From the NCBI GenBank assembly GCA_050084515.1, contig CM114271.1:32798001-32862000 (forward strand): a stretch of DNA of 64,000 bases. The letters are read 5' to 3'. Origin of the DNA: Blasia pusilla (Eukaryota). Below, in pieces: positions 36,701-50,699 of this stretch. The notes under the pieces are model-generated. The model was not told the DNA's origin. It did not search any database and was given only the letters and a program-made list of their open reading frames with translations. A program made the position numbers and the translations under genes. Position 1 is the stretch's first letter; every line of letters begins with the position of its first letter.

Positions 36701-37950
36701 TTCGTGGAGGCTGCAAATGCAGAAAAGCTCCGTGATAGGCCGGAGTGAAAAATGGCAGGCTGTTGGAATTGGATCACGATAAGTGCGCGGTGTAAGGACG
36801 TTCTCTACAACTACGTCGTTGCAGGCGGTGGACGACATACCTCATAACATTTGCGCATCTGGCAGTGAGTGATCGTCGGAATGAATGAAGAGAGAGACTG
36901 GCATCTCACATTAACATGCGGAGATAAATGACTCTGGATCAGGCTTGCATCGAGGCAGGCGCTGCAAGAACCGAAAAATCCCGTGAACACAACTGAGTCC
37001 GGTTGCAGTTTTGGAAATTGGAGATCCACTGCAATTATGGACCGGATTAGGGAGCGGGGGAATAGAAGCAAGGGTTTAAGACTAAGATGGCTCGCCGGAA
37101 GGAACGGGAGGAAATCAGAGAGGGACAGGATGGACGGTAGCAGATCAGGGAATGGGATGTGCTAATGGCGGGGAGAGTTACGTCGCTCCGAAAATAGGAT
37201 TCCCTCAACTCCCCTTCGATATAAGAACGTTAGCTGGACGCGGTGACCGACATGCAATTGCAAGTTGACGCGTTTCACACGCCGGCATCTTGGTCGGGAA
37301 ACGAGCGAGCATGCTGACGATAGAAAGCTACGCGGCGGCGGTTCCCAGGCCTATCGAGCTCTCGAATTTTGATCCCCCGTCCCGTCTTTCCCGCCCCCCG
37401 AGCCGCTGCACCCGTCGCGGAATTTCGAAATTTATCCCTTGCCGACCCTAGCGTCTCCACCTCCAGGAGCTCCGGGCCGCCTCTGGATTCCAGCCTCGGA
37501 GGCTGACGTACCCTACCGTTGGGCTTTTCCGCTTGTTCCAGGATTCCCGACCGGGTGCTGAGGCTCCAGAGGTTGTCCTCGGCAAGCCGTACACTTCCCG
37601 GCAAAGTTGCCCTGAGGCCGTTAAGCACTTGCCGGGAATCTATCAAGTGTCATTTCTTCTTCTTTACAGCAGCTCTCCGAGGACTTACCGAGAACGTCGA
37701 AACTTGAAAGGCTCCCTCCGGTTTTGGCAGTATCTGGTTTTTCTGTCTTCTACCCACCACCTCAGGCTTCCCGACGTAGCGCAGACTCGGCCCTTGCTCA
37801 GCTCAAATCTCGCGCTCGTGATTCTCGTCCTCGTCTTCCTCCTCGAAATGGGGCCTACCCCGAAGTCCGTCACCAACGCTGCAGGGGCGGTGCGGCGATC
37901 GTCTCTCTCTCTCTCTCTCTCTCTCTGAACCCGCCGAGGGGAAGGGTAGT
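33800..37950 (-). other. Putative spliced transcript with no convincing ORF
   Basis: Candidate GT-AG exons: ~37945-37689 (CG|GTAAGT), 36961-36841 (TTGCAG|, AG|GTATGT), 35802-35664, 35307-35013, 34732-34654, and a last exon from 34231 after a CT-rich tract plus CGCAG. There is a GA repeat near the start and CpG is retained. The 3' end is approximate. Confidence 0.35.
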
Positions 37951-40900
37951 GCTCATAAATCTCATTCTTTCCATAAAGACTGCGTAACCTGGTGGTGCTA
38001 TTTGGAGAAGGTCATTCCATTCCTTCCTATTCGACGGGCGTCGTGGAGGTAGCAAGTGTGGACATGTGAGTGGTGGACACGCGTGGCCTGACTTTGACTG
38101 ACTACTCGTAGCTGATATGTCAGTCGACGAGCTGGAATCTTTGGACTGTGAGCCCTTGGCAAGCAAACCGAATCGAACTCCTTACCGAAAACGAGGTTGT
38201 CCTCCTAATGTTGTGCATATGCCAAGAAGGTCTTCACAACTGCCAGGCTCTCTCGCGTCTGGTGTCCGTCAGATCGGGATGCGCTTGGCGACCAAATTAT
38301 GGTTTAAGCAGCATAGTGTGGAGGTATTCAGCTGGTGCTCGACTAAGTCGTTGCCTTGGGACGTAGCTGATCCTCTGATTTCCTGTCAGCCACGTATGTG
38401 TGACGTCCCACCTTGGTTGCGCGCACAACAACCCAACCCAACCCAACCACCCTCCCTCGCTCCTCCAGCCCGCGACAGTTTTAGGTTATTCTCGTCCCTC
38501 GAAAACAATCGGTCAGAGCATCGACTTTACCGTATTATCCAGTCCATCCCTTGAATTTCCTCTCTTCATCGAGTTTTGACATCTTGTACTCTTCGACTGA
38601 CCGACTGGCCCGTCCGTCGTCTTTCACTTTCCTTCCTCTGGATCGAGCATGACGCTCGAAGCGCCGACCAGCCCCGCTCTGAACATGCGACACCACCCCA
38701 ACCGATCCATCCATCCGAAAGGGTAGAAATCTCTGAGCTTGCGTGAAAATGAACCGTACATTGACGTTTGTACACGAGAAGATATATGATTTCGTTTGAC
38801 CTCTCCCGCTAAAGCGAACTGATAATTGAAATCGATATCCGAGTCTAGCGTGACCTTGAGAGTGGTACACATGACGTCATCTCGCACGTAAGCGCTGTAG
38901 GTCGTGATCGCCTCGGTTTCGAAGTCTGCGATGATCTCCCGATGGGGCTTGTCTTCGACCCTCACTGCATTTTTCACATGGCATTTTACCGTGCTACCGA
39001 ATAGATTCGGAGGTGCGCGGGCTGGCTCCGAATCGACGAGCTGGTTTTTGTCGGGGTAATTGCACTTCACTGTTGGATGAAATTGTTACCTCTTGTTGCA
39101 GAAGGCTTGCGTACCAGTAGAAGAGTGAAGCGACGCACGCTGCCGGGGAATCCAAGTTAATGGCCAACCACAGGCAAAAATGATAGGCGCACGACTGTCA
39201 TCCAGGCCAGAACGGACATGGACGTACTTTATGAGATTTGGACACATCTGCGTAGCGCAAGCTTCTCTTTTCCCTCCGTCATCGAATGTTCGGTCGGTGA
39301 GTGATTTTCACCCGAATGACCAGCAGCTTTCCCTCTCCGCGAAAAAATTAGGTACCGAGAGTTTCGCTCTACACAGAGCCAGGTCGCCACCTCCCCCAAA
39401 AGCCCGGACTAGCACAGCGAAAAACTCCACGCACATTTCCCGTTCCTGTAGTTAAGGAGGCTAGAACTGTGCGATGGAGATTCAAACGAATCGGCATCTT
39501 TCCCAGATCTTCGGCCGGCGCTCGGCCACGTGAGCCGTTGCCTAGACCGATCCCTTCCCGGCCCCATCGATCTTGGTTCTTTCTCCTCTTCCAATTATGC
39601 CCGGCTTGGCTGGCTGAATGAAGATGGTGGAAGTTACTCGAAGAAGAGTGATTGATGGGGATGGGGATGCGCACCGACCATGCGCCTCTTCTCGGATGAA
39701 CTTAACTCAGCCGCATGTTCCATCGTTTTAATTTCCTCAGATTGCGTGCTTCGCTCCATTGTGGCATTCCATCCAGCGACAGGTACGTTTAGGCAGATCC
39801 TCTCCGCCCTGACTCGCACCCCACTGTATTTTGTGCGTCAAGAGTGTGGGCACTGTACTGTAGTAGTGTGCTCATTCTGTAGCCTTTGCCCTTTCGGTGC
39901 CTGACCTGCATGAGCTTTTAATTGTATCTTGTCTTTGTCTCAGAGACGATTTGAACGGGCCCTCCTCCTCCTCCTGAATTCCACTGCGCCCGCTCCTTTT
40001 ATCGATTGCAAGCTCCACTTGTTACTAATCCCCTCTCTCCGAACTGACAGAAGTCAATTCCCTGCCCCCAATTGTGATGTCATCGGAGCCACTTTGCATC
40101 ACCTGATTGTGTGCTCGACCGAGGAAAGGCGAAGTTCTCTGTCAAGTTTTTTGGATCACTCTAACGATTATTATCCTCTCGTGCGCAAGAGCCTACTAGG
40201 AACTGCGCTATTAGCTATTGCCTCCTCCTTTGTCTGCTTGCGTCATCGCTGATGTGAGCATGTAGCTGACAGCAGTATTCCGGGAGAGACTCCATCTCAA
40301 TTTTAACTCCATCCGGCTCTGCCTCGTCCCTGGCCACGGGATGGATAACAAGGCATTCAAGTCCGACTTATGTCTCGTGCGATTCAAGCGGATTGCGTCC
40401 GAGACACCGTTCGCCTGGCTGTATCGGAGAGCTCGCTCCCGTCCTACCTAGGCTGGCTGAGCAGTGTGTACTGATTGATTGATAACTAATGGCAAAAAGC
40501 CAATGGCATTTGCGATCGAAGGACAAACCATGAGTAAAAGCGGATGGGACTGCGATTTAGACGAAGCTTAGAGTGTGGACTGTGGAGGTGGCCGCAGATG
40601 GCAACTATCACCTCTCGTGCACTGCAGCATTCTGGCTATCATCAACCAAAGCGACCGAGGAATCCCCGAAAAACCGTAGAGTATAGTGAGCGAGGCGTAT
40701 AGGATGGGAAACCCTTCAGGATACAAACGAGGGGCATAGAGACAAAAAAAAAACACCAAGGGCCAAAACTAGGGGGGGAGAAAGAAGGGGGCTCCCCCAG
40801 GAGAAGGAGCACTTGCCAGTTACATAACTCGCAGACGTACAAAGCGTTCACCACGAGACGACGGTCCGTGATACAGCCAACGTACAGCGATGGTCTGCGG

Positions 40901-41484
40901 ATCATACACGTCAACTCTCATGTACTCATAAGCAGTACAATACTCGTAATTCGGGACGCTCAATAATATGACTGTCGCGTGCTGCCCATGATGAGAAGAA
41001 CCTGAGGGGGCGTTGCTACGCTGCTACAGTCGTCCCAGGTTACAAGTACATGCCCTAAGATACGATCAAGATGTGACGGACCCTCGGGGAACAAAGTACA
41101 AAAGACTCCAGCTGGAATGTAATTGCCAAACCTTGCACAAAATCGAGGACGTATCCGCCAACTTCTAGACCGGCCTAAGGACCTTGAAATAAGCTGACCT
41201 AGCTTACTAGAGGAGCTTTGTATATCTCCAGCTAAACTTTTCTAACAATTGAACTATTTTCAGCAATATTGCAAAATTGATTCAAATTGATATACTCCAA
41301 GCTTTGCAACAAGGTAGATTCCAAGTGTCTCCTCTGATGCTCCTCTACTTATCAATGCGGCTAATTTGTTGCTCTTTGCATGTCCTCTGTTACTGTGATC
41401 AGCGCCTTGACCTGTTTTGGACAAGGATAGCCAATCTCGGACGATTGCTCGACGGATGGATCCGTCGCGTCTGACCTTCCTCCC

Positions 41485-41732
41485 GGGTATAATGCTGTAG
41501 AACAAGTCAGACGGACTCGTCGTTGTAACCATACACAGTAATGCTAGCTAAATGTCAAAAATGCATCATCAGGGGTAATCCCTAGAAATACACCGAATAG
41601 TATACAGACATGTACAAGACATATTGATCCTATCTCTACTCGTACGGTGGTACCTGTGGCAGATAGTTGCAGAAGATCCGACTTTGTGGTAGTATGTGCC
41701 GACCGCTTCCCTCTCCGGGACGTGTGAAATAG
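41485..41732 (+). repeat. Dispersed repeat, probably part of an LTR; second copy at ~50430-50647
   Basis: GGGTATAAT..TGTAGAACAAGTC..TTGTAACCATA..AATGTCAAAA..GAAGATCC.ACTTTGTGGTAGTAT.TGCCGA..TGTGAAATAGA is present in both places. Confidence 0.75.
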
Positions 41733-42501
41733 AATCTGTTACCTGTATACTACGCATTTATGTCCCTGAGACAGAAATACAGACACCAAAGCGAGCTCGC
41801 GCTCCTCAAACGTGCGCAAAAAGTTGAAACCGATCTCGTCCATCCAAACGATCGCTCTACACTATACGAATACGAGGATAGTACCATCGTCGTCCATGGA
41901 CGGCGAGTAAGATAGAAAAAGAAGTAGAAGGAATGACAAAAGAAGTAAAAGGAATTGAAAAGGCCCGTATAAAAAAATTTGGTCACATGAAACTTGCGGA
42001 CGAATTCTTCTAGATTTTAAAGTCCAGAAGAACCTGCTGCTTACCTTATGCCAAGAAGTAATAGAAGAAGAGGAAAATGATGCACTTCGATAAAAACCCA
42101 TCGGAAGTACAAAAGAGGGGGACTCAAAGAGTCAAAACCTGAAGGCCACAACAAGACCAGAAAAGGAAGAAGGGGGCATTCACTTATAGAAGTAATAGAA
42201 GAAACCGAGGTACATGTAGCTATGTTGATGGAAGCACTATTTTAGAAAATCATTCTTCATTACGAGTGCATCAAGTGAATTGAATATATGGTTGGATCCG
42301 CTAGCACCACATTCATTAAAAAAAAAACAACCTTGGGTTGTTGCCTAAGGTAGGAGGATTGATTTTTATGATGTTTTGAGATCTAACACATGTCCCTAAA
42401 ACTTACATTTTGACATGACGCCCCATCTTAATATGAAAAAAAAATTATTCAGAGTTATCATAAGAGGGACACCAGGGCACCTTTCTAGTACATAATAGGG
42501 A

Positions 42502-42956
42502 TGTCAAAGATCCTCCTATCAGGGGATTCTTGGGCACCTAGAATTGGCCCAACGGGCTTTCCCCGGCTTAGAAACGGGTACCTCCTCCACTTCCCGTTTT
42601 AAAGCTCCGAAGTCCCCACTCCTCTTTTCTCCAAGTCTCGGAAAATTAAATGTGTAAGATATTAAATTCAACATACGATCATCAAAATCCAAACTATATA
42701 GAGTGTCCACACAAAACAAGATAATACGATATCAAAAGCCACATAAGGACTATCAACCATCGTGAGGTGACACATCAAGGCCATCCTACATGAATTGACA
42801 CGTTCATTTCCCATGAACCTCAAGATTAAGTCTTAACTCCAAACACTACCCTAATAAGATAAGACCATCACCTAATGTTATGGAATCCTTAAATAAATAA
42901 ATCACCACCACGAAGACCAGACGGCGTCCAAGTCTTCTTGCACATCCCCCTCAACT
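42502..42956 (-). mobile_element. Putative 3' LTR (42502-42944) preceded by a polypurine tract
   Basis: The minus strand reads AGTTGAGGGGGA|TGTGCAAGA...TCTTTGACA (imperfect inverted ends), with an internal CTCTATATAG. Confidence 0.5.
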
Positions 42957-45689
42957 CAAATCCACTAAGCCAGGCTAATCCATGACCATGTGTGGCAGCA
43001 TGGGACCACCATAGAGGACACATGTCGATTGCGGAGGTATTTGCTGCCTTGAAGGCTTTCTCTCCTCAAAATACACACCAAACTTTACTCCATGGAAATA
43101 GCTCCACACCTTAGATTTGTCACACTCTTTTGCCCATCATACAACAACAACAATTGTTTCCCATCCATCCAAAAAGAAAATAAATAAAAAACCCTACAAG
43201 ATTCTCCCCAAACTCCCAACCCAACGTCTCCCGCCGCCCCCCCACCCCCCGCCCTATGAACCGATATAGGGAACCCCCTCCTCCCTCCCTTCATCGCCCG
43301 CACACAAATTCGTGCGGGCGATGGAGTTTTGTTGTCGGGCATTGGCATGGGATTGTCCGCTTTTGAGGCGCACCGAAAAGCCTTTCGTGGCGGCGTTCTC
43401 CACGTCCGTGAATCGACGAGGTCCGCGGCGAGTGCGATTCCTCTCACGTCATTTCACTTCATTGAGTGCGTTCCTCTCACCTCATTGGGCCCCGGGGGAG
43501 AAGAAGCTGTGCATTTCTCTCGAGAAAGTCGTATGCTTTGCTCTCTCACGTGTCCATGACCACAAAGTCTAACGCGTTGGGATCGTATGTAAGAACGAGT
43601 CGACGATGAACTTGACTTGTTTTTGCACCACCACCACAAAAACACTTGGACTTGGAGCTTTTAATTCTTTGGCTCCCTCACACATGAGAGCAAATGTCGG
43701 ACAACGAGAAAATAGAATAAGGAATAGAATAGGGAATAGATAAACACCGAGGACTAGAATATTTACCGACTCATGTTCCGAGATTTTATTCGTGGAAATA
43801 TCTTGAGGTTGTAAACGTTGAATGAATCATAATGGTTTCACACTTGGACATATGTCTACATCATTCTCGAGCTGAATTCACCACTTTTAGATTAAATTCG
43901 CTTTTCTCTCTCATTCCATCACATCACTTCGTAATCTTCTTCTCTTTGAGATTGATTAAATGTAAAGTAAAGTGTGTAAGCTCCACCCACACTCGAGACG
44001 ATTCATGAATGTTTCATCCTAATGCTTGCAAGGCCCATGTAGGGGCTCCAAAAAATACTCTCAAACGGTACCCCAATGGTGGAACTCCCTAATTGAGTAA
44101 ACCTAAAGCAATTTTTTTTTTATACTCATCCGAATCGAATTACCTACGTTCAAAAATATATGATGGTGGGGGTAGAACTCGAGAAGAGTTCGAAGGATCT
44201 AGCTTCAACAATAATTAGAGTGGTGGCGATATGTTGGTTCCCATGAATCTACAACCACAAAAACGAAAGAAATGGTCTTATCGAAATGGAGTTAATTGGG
44301 AACGCTTTTGGGCCGTTAGGTTATACCTTCCTATCACGTGTAGTAGTATCTTTGGGTACTAGTGATAGAACGGCCCAATCCAAAAAATCATAAGAGCGTC
44401 CATATTGATGAGTAAGATGCTCTGAACGGAAACTTAAAGAGAGGGGGAGATTTTTCTTTATCGTCATTCATTTCTGGAAGGGAAAACATTTATCTCGAAG
44501 AGAAATGAATGATTGAACTTACTTGATGGGCCAGCCCAAAAGCACCACAATGATCAGATGATGGAGTCATGGATAAAAGCTCAACAGCGAAGAAAAAGTT
44601 GTGTGTACTCAAAAGATTGAACCTTTACTTGAGAATTATGACTATCACTTTGAGACGGTTTTTTACACGCGAAAAGCAATACAAAGGCTTTTTTTTTCAA
44701 GCAGCATGAGCTAAGCGATGATGGGAACAAGCTTGAGAATCTGTCTAGGAATGTGGAGGAGAGGAAGCTATAAGAGCCCATCACCGCAAGTAAGAAATGT
44801 ATTGCTTTTTGCATGGCACCTCATTTGGGAATGCTACAAAGAGTAGTGTATCTCCTTCACCTTAATGGGATCCTATTCTCAAATTCCTTTTTAGATTTAG
44901 AGTCTAGTCTAAACATGGCGGGGAAAAGAATCCTAAGAATATGTCTCCTCTTTTGTGTCGAGGAGGTTTTGGTTGGATACTTCACTCTTTGAATCCTCCT
45001 TATTTTTTGGAGGTTCAAATTTCTTTGAGTATCTAATAATAAAACTTCACATAACGCAAAGGATCACTATTTAAAAAAAAGTGAGACACTCATTGTAGAT
45101 CTATCCACATCTTGCCCGATCATCTTCACAATTATAGTATTAGGAGAGATGCTTGTGCAATGCATGAACACATGTTTATTTTGTCTTGGTAGACATCTTC
45201 TCCATTTTCAAAAGAATAATTGGTCTCCTTTTCAAATATCTTATTCTTGTAAAATGCAAGGAAACACCTTAATTTTGCAACCCATTCGCATCATACCCCT
45301 CAAGTATTTTTTCATGTATACATATACTATTATTTAAAAAGGGAATCTAATCCTTGTTTAAAAGTATTATGAATCTATAAACGGTGAGAATGGTGGGGTG
45401 AACTAGTCACCCCACCATTGGAGTCACTACATACAATGCTCGGCAAGAATCGGCATTCCTTGTCAAAGCAGCTAGTCGAGAATGTATAATTTCAAGTTCA
45501 AATCTGAAAATTTAGGAAAATTTCCATCGTGAAAGCTAGGTTTTATTGATTAAATTTAAAAAAATAGGCCAAAATGGAAAAATCTCTGACCACCTAGAAA
45601 GTTCTCTCGGAAAAATATCGGTGTGCGTAAAAATCCTATTCAAGCATTGACTACATGTTGTTGAATTCACATTGTCAACCAACATATGA

Positions 45690-46198
45690 AGGCAAATGCA
45701 TCCCAGCATAGCACCATCTCCTTAACTCTCTTCATGCTATTGAGCTCATATGTTGTCTCTCAAACTTGGGCATGGGTTTTGAATCAATCCATCTACATCC
45801 TGCTTCACCGGACTTGGCCTATGAACCACATGAAATTCATACTCCTATAGTAATAGAGCCCACCTTGCAAGGTCCATGTAAGCTTGTGAAAATCCATCAA
45901 CCACCTCAACAATTGATGATCAACGATGAGCATGAAAGCGTTCTCGAATAGCTACCACCTGAAATGTGCCATAGCCCCCACTCCAACTAAGGATTTTACC
46001 TCTACTTGTCATTTCTTTGAGTAAGGACTGCTCCTAGACCCAATATGCTCCAATCTATTCCTAACTGGCATAGAATGGACCATCCCTAATAAGTCTTTGT
46101 AAAATGGAGGAGGACGTCAACCTTTCCATGAGCTCCTGATTATCTACCCAACACCACACCTAATCAAGCTATTTAAATATTTTGAAGACTTTGCAACG
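45690..46198 (-). pseudogene. Gypsy RNase H fragment related to the element at 17495
   Basis: The reverse complement gives DWSILGLGAVLTQ, AHFRW*LF and LARWALLL*EYEFHVVHRP..NPCPS, collinear with 23020-23540. Confidence 0.8.
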
Positions 46199-46199
46199 T

Positions 46200-48950
46200 C
46201 TAAATCCTTGCAGCGTTTGGATCCAATGCATTGTTCCATGTTGCGCATAGAGCAAGAGGCCACAACTGGTTGATAGGTTGAATTAAGATTATATCAACCT
46301 CTTTCACGAGACGACCAACAAGTAGAGTTGTCTCAGGGGTGAGTTCTCCCACATTGCTCCTTGCTCTCCATCGTAGGCATTCATCCATTTCTTGTTGTCG
46401 TCTTACAATGATGGATTCGTATGCCCTCCTACGTCGTTCCGTATGGATTTCCATTACAGCTCTTTGTCTTCTCTGGAGTTGATCTCTGGCAACATATTCA
46501 TTCATAATCCTCTCCATCTCTATCTTTAGTCTCTTGTGCTGCTCAAAAAGTTGTTGGTGCTTCCCCTTCAAAATATTAAAGTTGGCTTCCAAATCAAAAT
46601 TGTGTTGATAATTCTTTAGTAACTTTCCAATTATAATAGACCAGACATAACCTCGGTATTTTTCGAAGCATTCTCCCCACAAAAGGTTTTGGGAACAACG
46701 TCGTTATATGCAGGACGATCAAAAACTCTCTCCAGGCCCATCAAAACTCATATTATGACCTAAATTGAGGTCATTCAAAACACCTCTAATATCCTCAAAA
46801 TTCTCCTCCCACAACAAGACTCAACCTTCATTTTCATTTTCATCATCTACCTACTCTTTGATTGGCGGATTTTGTCTTTGTCATTCCAAAGAAGATAGTA
46901 GGCCTCTAAGGCTTCTTGACAATCCACCATATTGGTCTTGGTCTGACAACACTCATCATGGTAGAACCACTCCTTGCTCTCCTCCATAAGCCGAGAAGAT
47001 GATGGGGGATATTCATGTCATGGGTATAGGCATATACTTCCAAAGTTTGGTGGAGTATGAAACCTTAGTCGTTTTGACTGTATATTTGGGGGTATTTCAT
47101 CTTGTGCTCTCGCTCTCTTCTTGAAGACCCATCCTCCACATCACCATAATAAATCTTGATGCCCTTCATAAACTCCGTAACTTTGAGCTTGAAAAATACC
47201 TTGCTCACTAACTTCCTCTTCTTAATCGGAAGATCTTTATAACTTGCAAGGTCATTAAACAAGGCCCAATCCTCCTTCCACTCATCTTCTTCCACTTTCC
47301 TTGCAAATTCACCAATCGCACAATCCGGCCATTTGAGCTGCAATTTTTTGAGCTCTACTTGAAGAATATATGGCCCAATGGCTCTTTCCAAGTGTGCCTT
47401 TAATTCATCTTTAAGGACAAATAGTGATATTTTCTTCTTGTTCACTTTTGTAGGCATTAGTTGTCCCGATGTATGGTAGGGCTCTTCCCCTTTTCCATCA
47501 CCCTCTACATCGTGAGGACTATGGTCTTCATGCAGCGGAAACTCCATCTTCAACTTGCCTTCTACCAAAATCCAAATGGTAGAAGGTTATATCCATGGAT
47601 CATACATTCGTGATCATTTACAATCCTTCGGAGTCATACATTCATATTTTTCAATCATGCCTTAAATTTGTCATGAAAAATATGCAATCCTCAAATGGAT
47701 TTATAGTCACACTATTGTGGTTAAAATCCCATTACCATACATTCAACAAGCATATATAGATGGTCTTAATACCAAATCTATATCGTCTACACCTAATATT
47801 TTTGCATTTGCTCTTATATAGGCAATAAGATACTTTGGGCTTTTCCAATGAGAAGGATTCGGAGCTAATGCCCACTTTTGAATCCTTTCCAAATAAGTCC
47901 AGCTAACATTTGTGTAGGCATCCCCGACAGCAAGGTTGTGTGTCATATAGTTCAAATTATTCACAATCATTCCTAGGGCATATATTTATGTGGCTATGCT
48001 AAAAGGAAGAGTTTTAGGCCATGTTGTCAACTCCTAGTCCTATGTGCATAACATACTTTTCTTGTTTATGGGGCCACCATCTGTGAGGCTAGACTAAGTA
48101 GTCATCACCCCATAAAGTATTTCCCTAGTCTCCAACCCTGATGTATTACTCATAATTGAATCCAAAATGGATGTTAATGTTCCTAGGATGAAGATCGATA
48201 GGAATAACTCCATCCTTGTGGACAGTCTCCATGTAACAAGTAGGGCAACCACAAGTTGGATGATATTTGATGCCACAGTGAAACATCTCATCTTTTGCAA
48301 CTCTCCTAAATTTTCCCCTCCATTCTCGAGGGTATGGCGTGCTCACATATAGTTTTCAAGATGCCCATCATTCTAGTATGGATAGATGGCATGCGATGGA
48401 TCCTCAATTAACCTTCCCACCATGGGAACTATCCCTCGATGTAAAATAGTCACAAAAATCTCCTCGCGCATCATTGATTCTCTTGAATACAACTAAGGTG
48501 CTTCCTTAAACACCTTAATCAAATAGTAAATATCTTCACTAAAGCCAAGGGATTGGTTTATTTTACAACGATACACGGTTCCATGTAAACTTGAGCCCAA
48601 AGTATCTTCAGGATATGTCCTACTGCTATATCCTTGTAAAAAATCCACATACGTCCACGTGGAACTACCAATGTCTTCCCAAAGAGAGTATTACATCCCT
48701 AAATAAGACATTGAACATTTCTTAACTCTATAGTAAATCTTTCTTGTGGAGTTATCTCTACAACAATGGGCTTCTACTTCTTGTATGTCTTCATATCGAC
48801 ATACACTCTCTCCAACTTAACACCTTGCTAGGCACAAAATGCACTTAACCTCACGGCCTCTTTGGCATCGACTTCCTCGTTCCATGCCTTTGAAACCTTC
48901 GTACAGACCATCCATATCCGTCAAAATTTAGGATCATCTCTTATCTAATG
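46200..48950 (-). pseudogene. Decayed protein kinase plus charged helical region (copy 2 of the unclassified repeat)
   Basis: Motifs in order: LGSSLHGTVYRC (G-loop, 48565-48603), YYLIKVFK, LHRGIVPMVG, YPY*NDGHL, VHKDGVIPIDLHPRNI (~48180), VGD*G, IYALGMIV (~47970). ORFs 47065..47568 and 46200..46682 match 4330-4700 and 5200-5570. Confidence 0.75.
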
Positions 48951-49881
48951 TAAGCGGGAAAACCGGTCTAGCCATGCCTCTCTTAGAGCCATATTAAAGT
49001 CATTCCTCGAATCAACTCTTTGCCTCTTGGCACTATCATTGGACTCCATTTGGTTATTTCTTGCTCCCTATGACTCAGCCCCACTAAATATATATCTTGG
49101 AAGAAGAAGATAGGAAGATTTCCTACTTAACCAACGAAAGAAATCTAAAGGTGGAGATTAACAAACGTATAGCAACTGGCGATGCTATAATAATGGCTCG
49201 GTGAATGTACATAGGCGCGGATGACGGAATCAAGGATTTGTGTTTAGGGTTAAGCACTCAAAGGGAATATATACACTCTTAGTTAAGTTTCCTTGATCAT
49301 TTCCATATCCCCAATGTGCTAAGGAAAGCCAATGAAAAAAATCTAAACTTGAGACCGTGAATCGAAAATCTCAAAATTACCAAAAAAAGTTTAGTGCCAC
49401 AAGAAAATTCCACACTCACAACCTCTCAAATATGGAATAAATTAGAGTTTGGTTAAGATACAACAAGGAGCGCAAATATCCAAGTTGGTCACAAACAAAA
49501 TCTAGTTATCCCCAAAGGCACGCAACGGATTTCCCCAAAATTCATCGCAACCTTGAAAGCCCTTAGCTCTCAAGGCACCAATGAAATTTAGGGCCTAACC
49601 CAAAAATAATCGTACTCTCAAAGAAAAGGAGGAAAAACATGAAGAATGGAGGAAAGTGTGATTTACTTAGACCATAATCATCCCCTTATGAGCATTTTGG
49701 GCCCCACTTATGGACCCTTTGCTTGTGGGTTTATGTTTCAAACCCATTTTAGAAGTTAGTAAGTTCAAACTTTGCTTCCACCAATCAAACCCCGCCACAT
49801 GTGCTCATAGGATTGGTAAAACGGGGGCCAATTGGGGGCTTGGAGGACAAGTACAACTGTGCCACGTGGCAAGCTAGGATT

Positions 49882-50205
49882 CAAGGATTGGACACGGGCT
49901 AGGCGCGGGCCTCTTGCACTCTTGACGTGGACTTGGTGCGACAAATTGGGGTGGTCCGGGATGCGGACTCAACTCGTCCGCGACGCGGGAGCCAACAGGC
50001 ATGACGTCGAATGGCAGGGATGAGATGCGAGCTACCCGAGCAAGGGTGGAATGTTCGGTCTGTGTGGGCCCGAGTGAGGGCTGCGGATATCCGAGCTGGA
50101 GAAGCCCACACCTTGGCCTGCATGGACATATCTATCCTTGGGACAGACATAACTCCACGAACACGAACATGTCCGCAGGTTGGTCTTTGTCGGCATACAA
50201 CCTTG
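49882..50205. mobile_element. Third, more diverged hAT-type MITE
   Basis: The reverse complement of 50100-50205 resembles 10938-11040 (CAAGGTTG..GACA, AAGGAT.GATAT.TCC.TGCAG). The TSD is not convincing. Confidence 0.5.
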
Positions 50206-50289
50206 GTAAGAAAAGTAATCGTATGATCGATGAGAAAGAGATAAGGTAGATTCAATCTTATTGGTCTTGATGTAAGGGTAAGAGATCAC

Positions 50290-50665
50290 TCAGGAGTATA
50301 TAAAGAGGGGAGAAAGGCCTTAGGGGTCATTCTTAATTCTTGGGTACAATTCTATTGATGTCGTAATTGCAAATAACAAAATGAAGAGCTTGAAAATCAC
50401 ATTTGAGTCATATTGCAAACTTCAAGGCATGGGTATAATATTGTAGAACAAGTCGAACATATTCGTGATTGTAACCATATACAATATTACTTGCTTAATG
50501 TCAAAATATATCATAAGGGATAATCCTTAGAACTACATATAATATTATACATATATGTATAAGATAGGATAGGCATATAGTTGTTGAAGATCCAACTTTG
50601 TGGTAGTATATGCCGATCACTCCCATCTTCGAGACATGTGAAATAGATGCACTCATTATGTCAAC
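50290..50665 (+). mobile_element. LTR-like fragment (TATA box through ...TGTCAACA end)
   Basis: Contains GTATATAAAGAGGGG and a block shared with 41485-41732. Ends in CA. Confidence 0.45.
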
Positions 50666-50699
50666 ATACCATCCCACCAGCAAGTATGATCGGTCGCCT

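Noticed and set aside
38624-39070. 148-aa ORF as a protein-coding gene
   Set aside because: It has a non-ATG start and no recognisable domain, and ORFs of this size are expected by chance at this GC content.
43900-45000. LINE ORF1 or transposase remnant
   Set aside because: The composition looks coding-like, but no motif series could be reconstructed.
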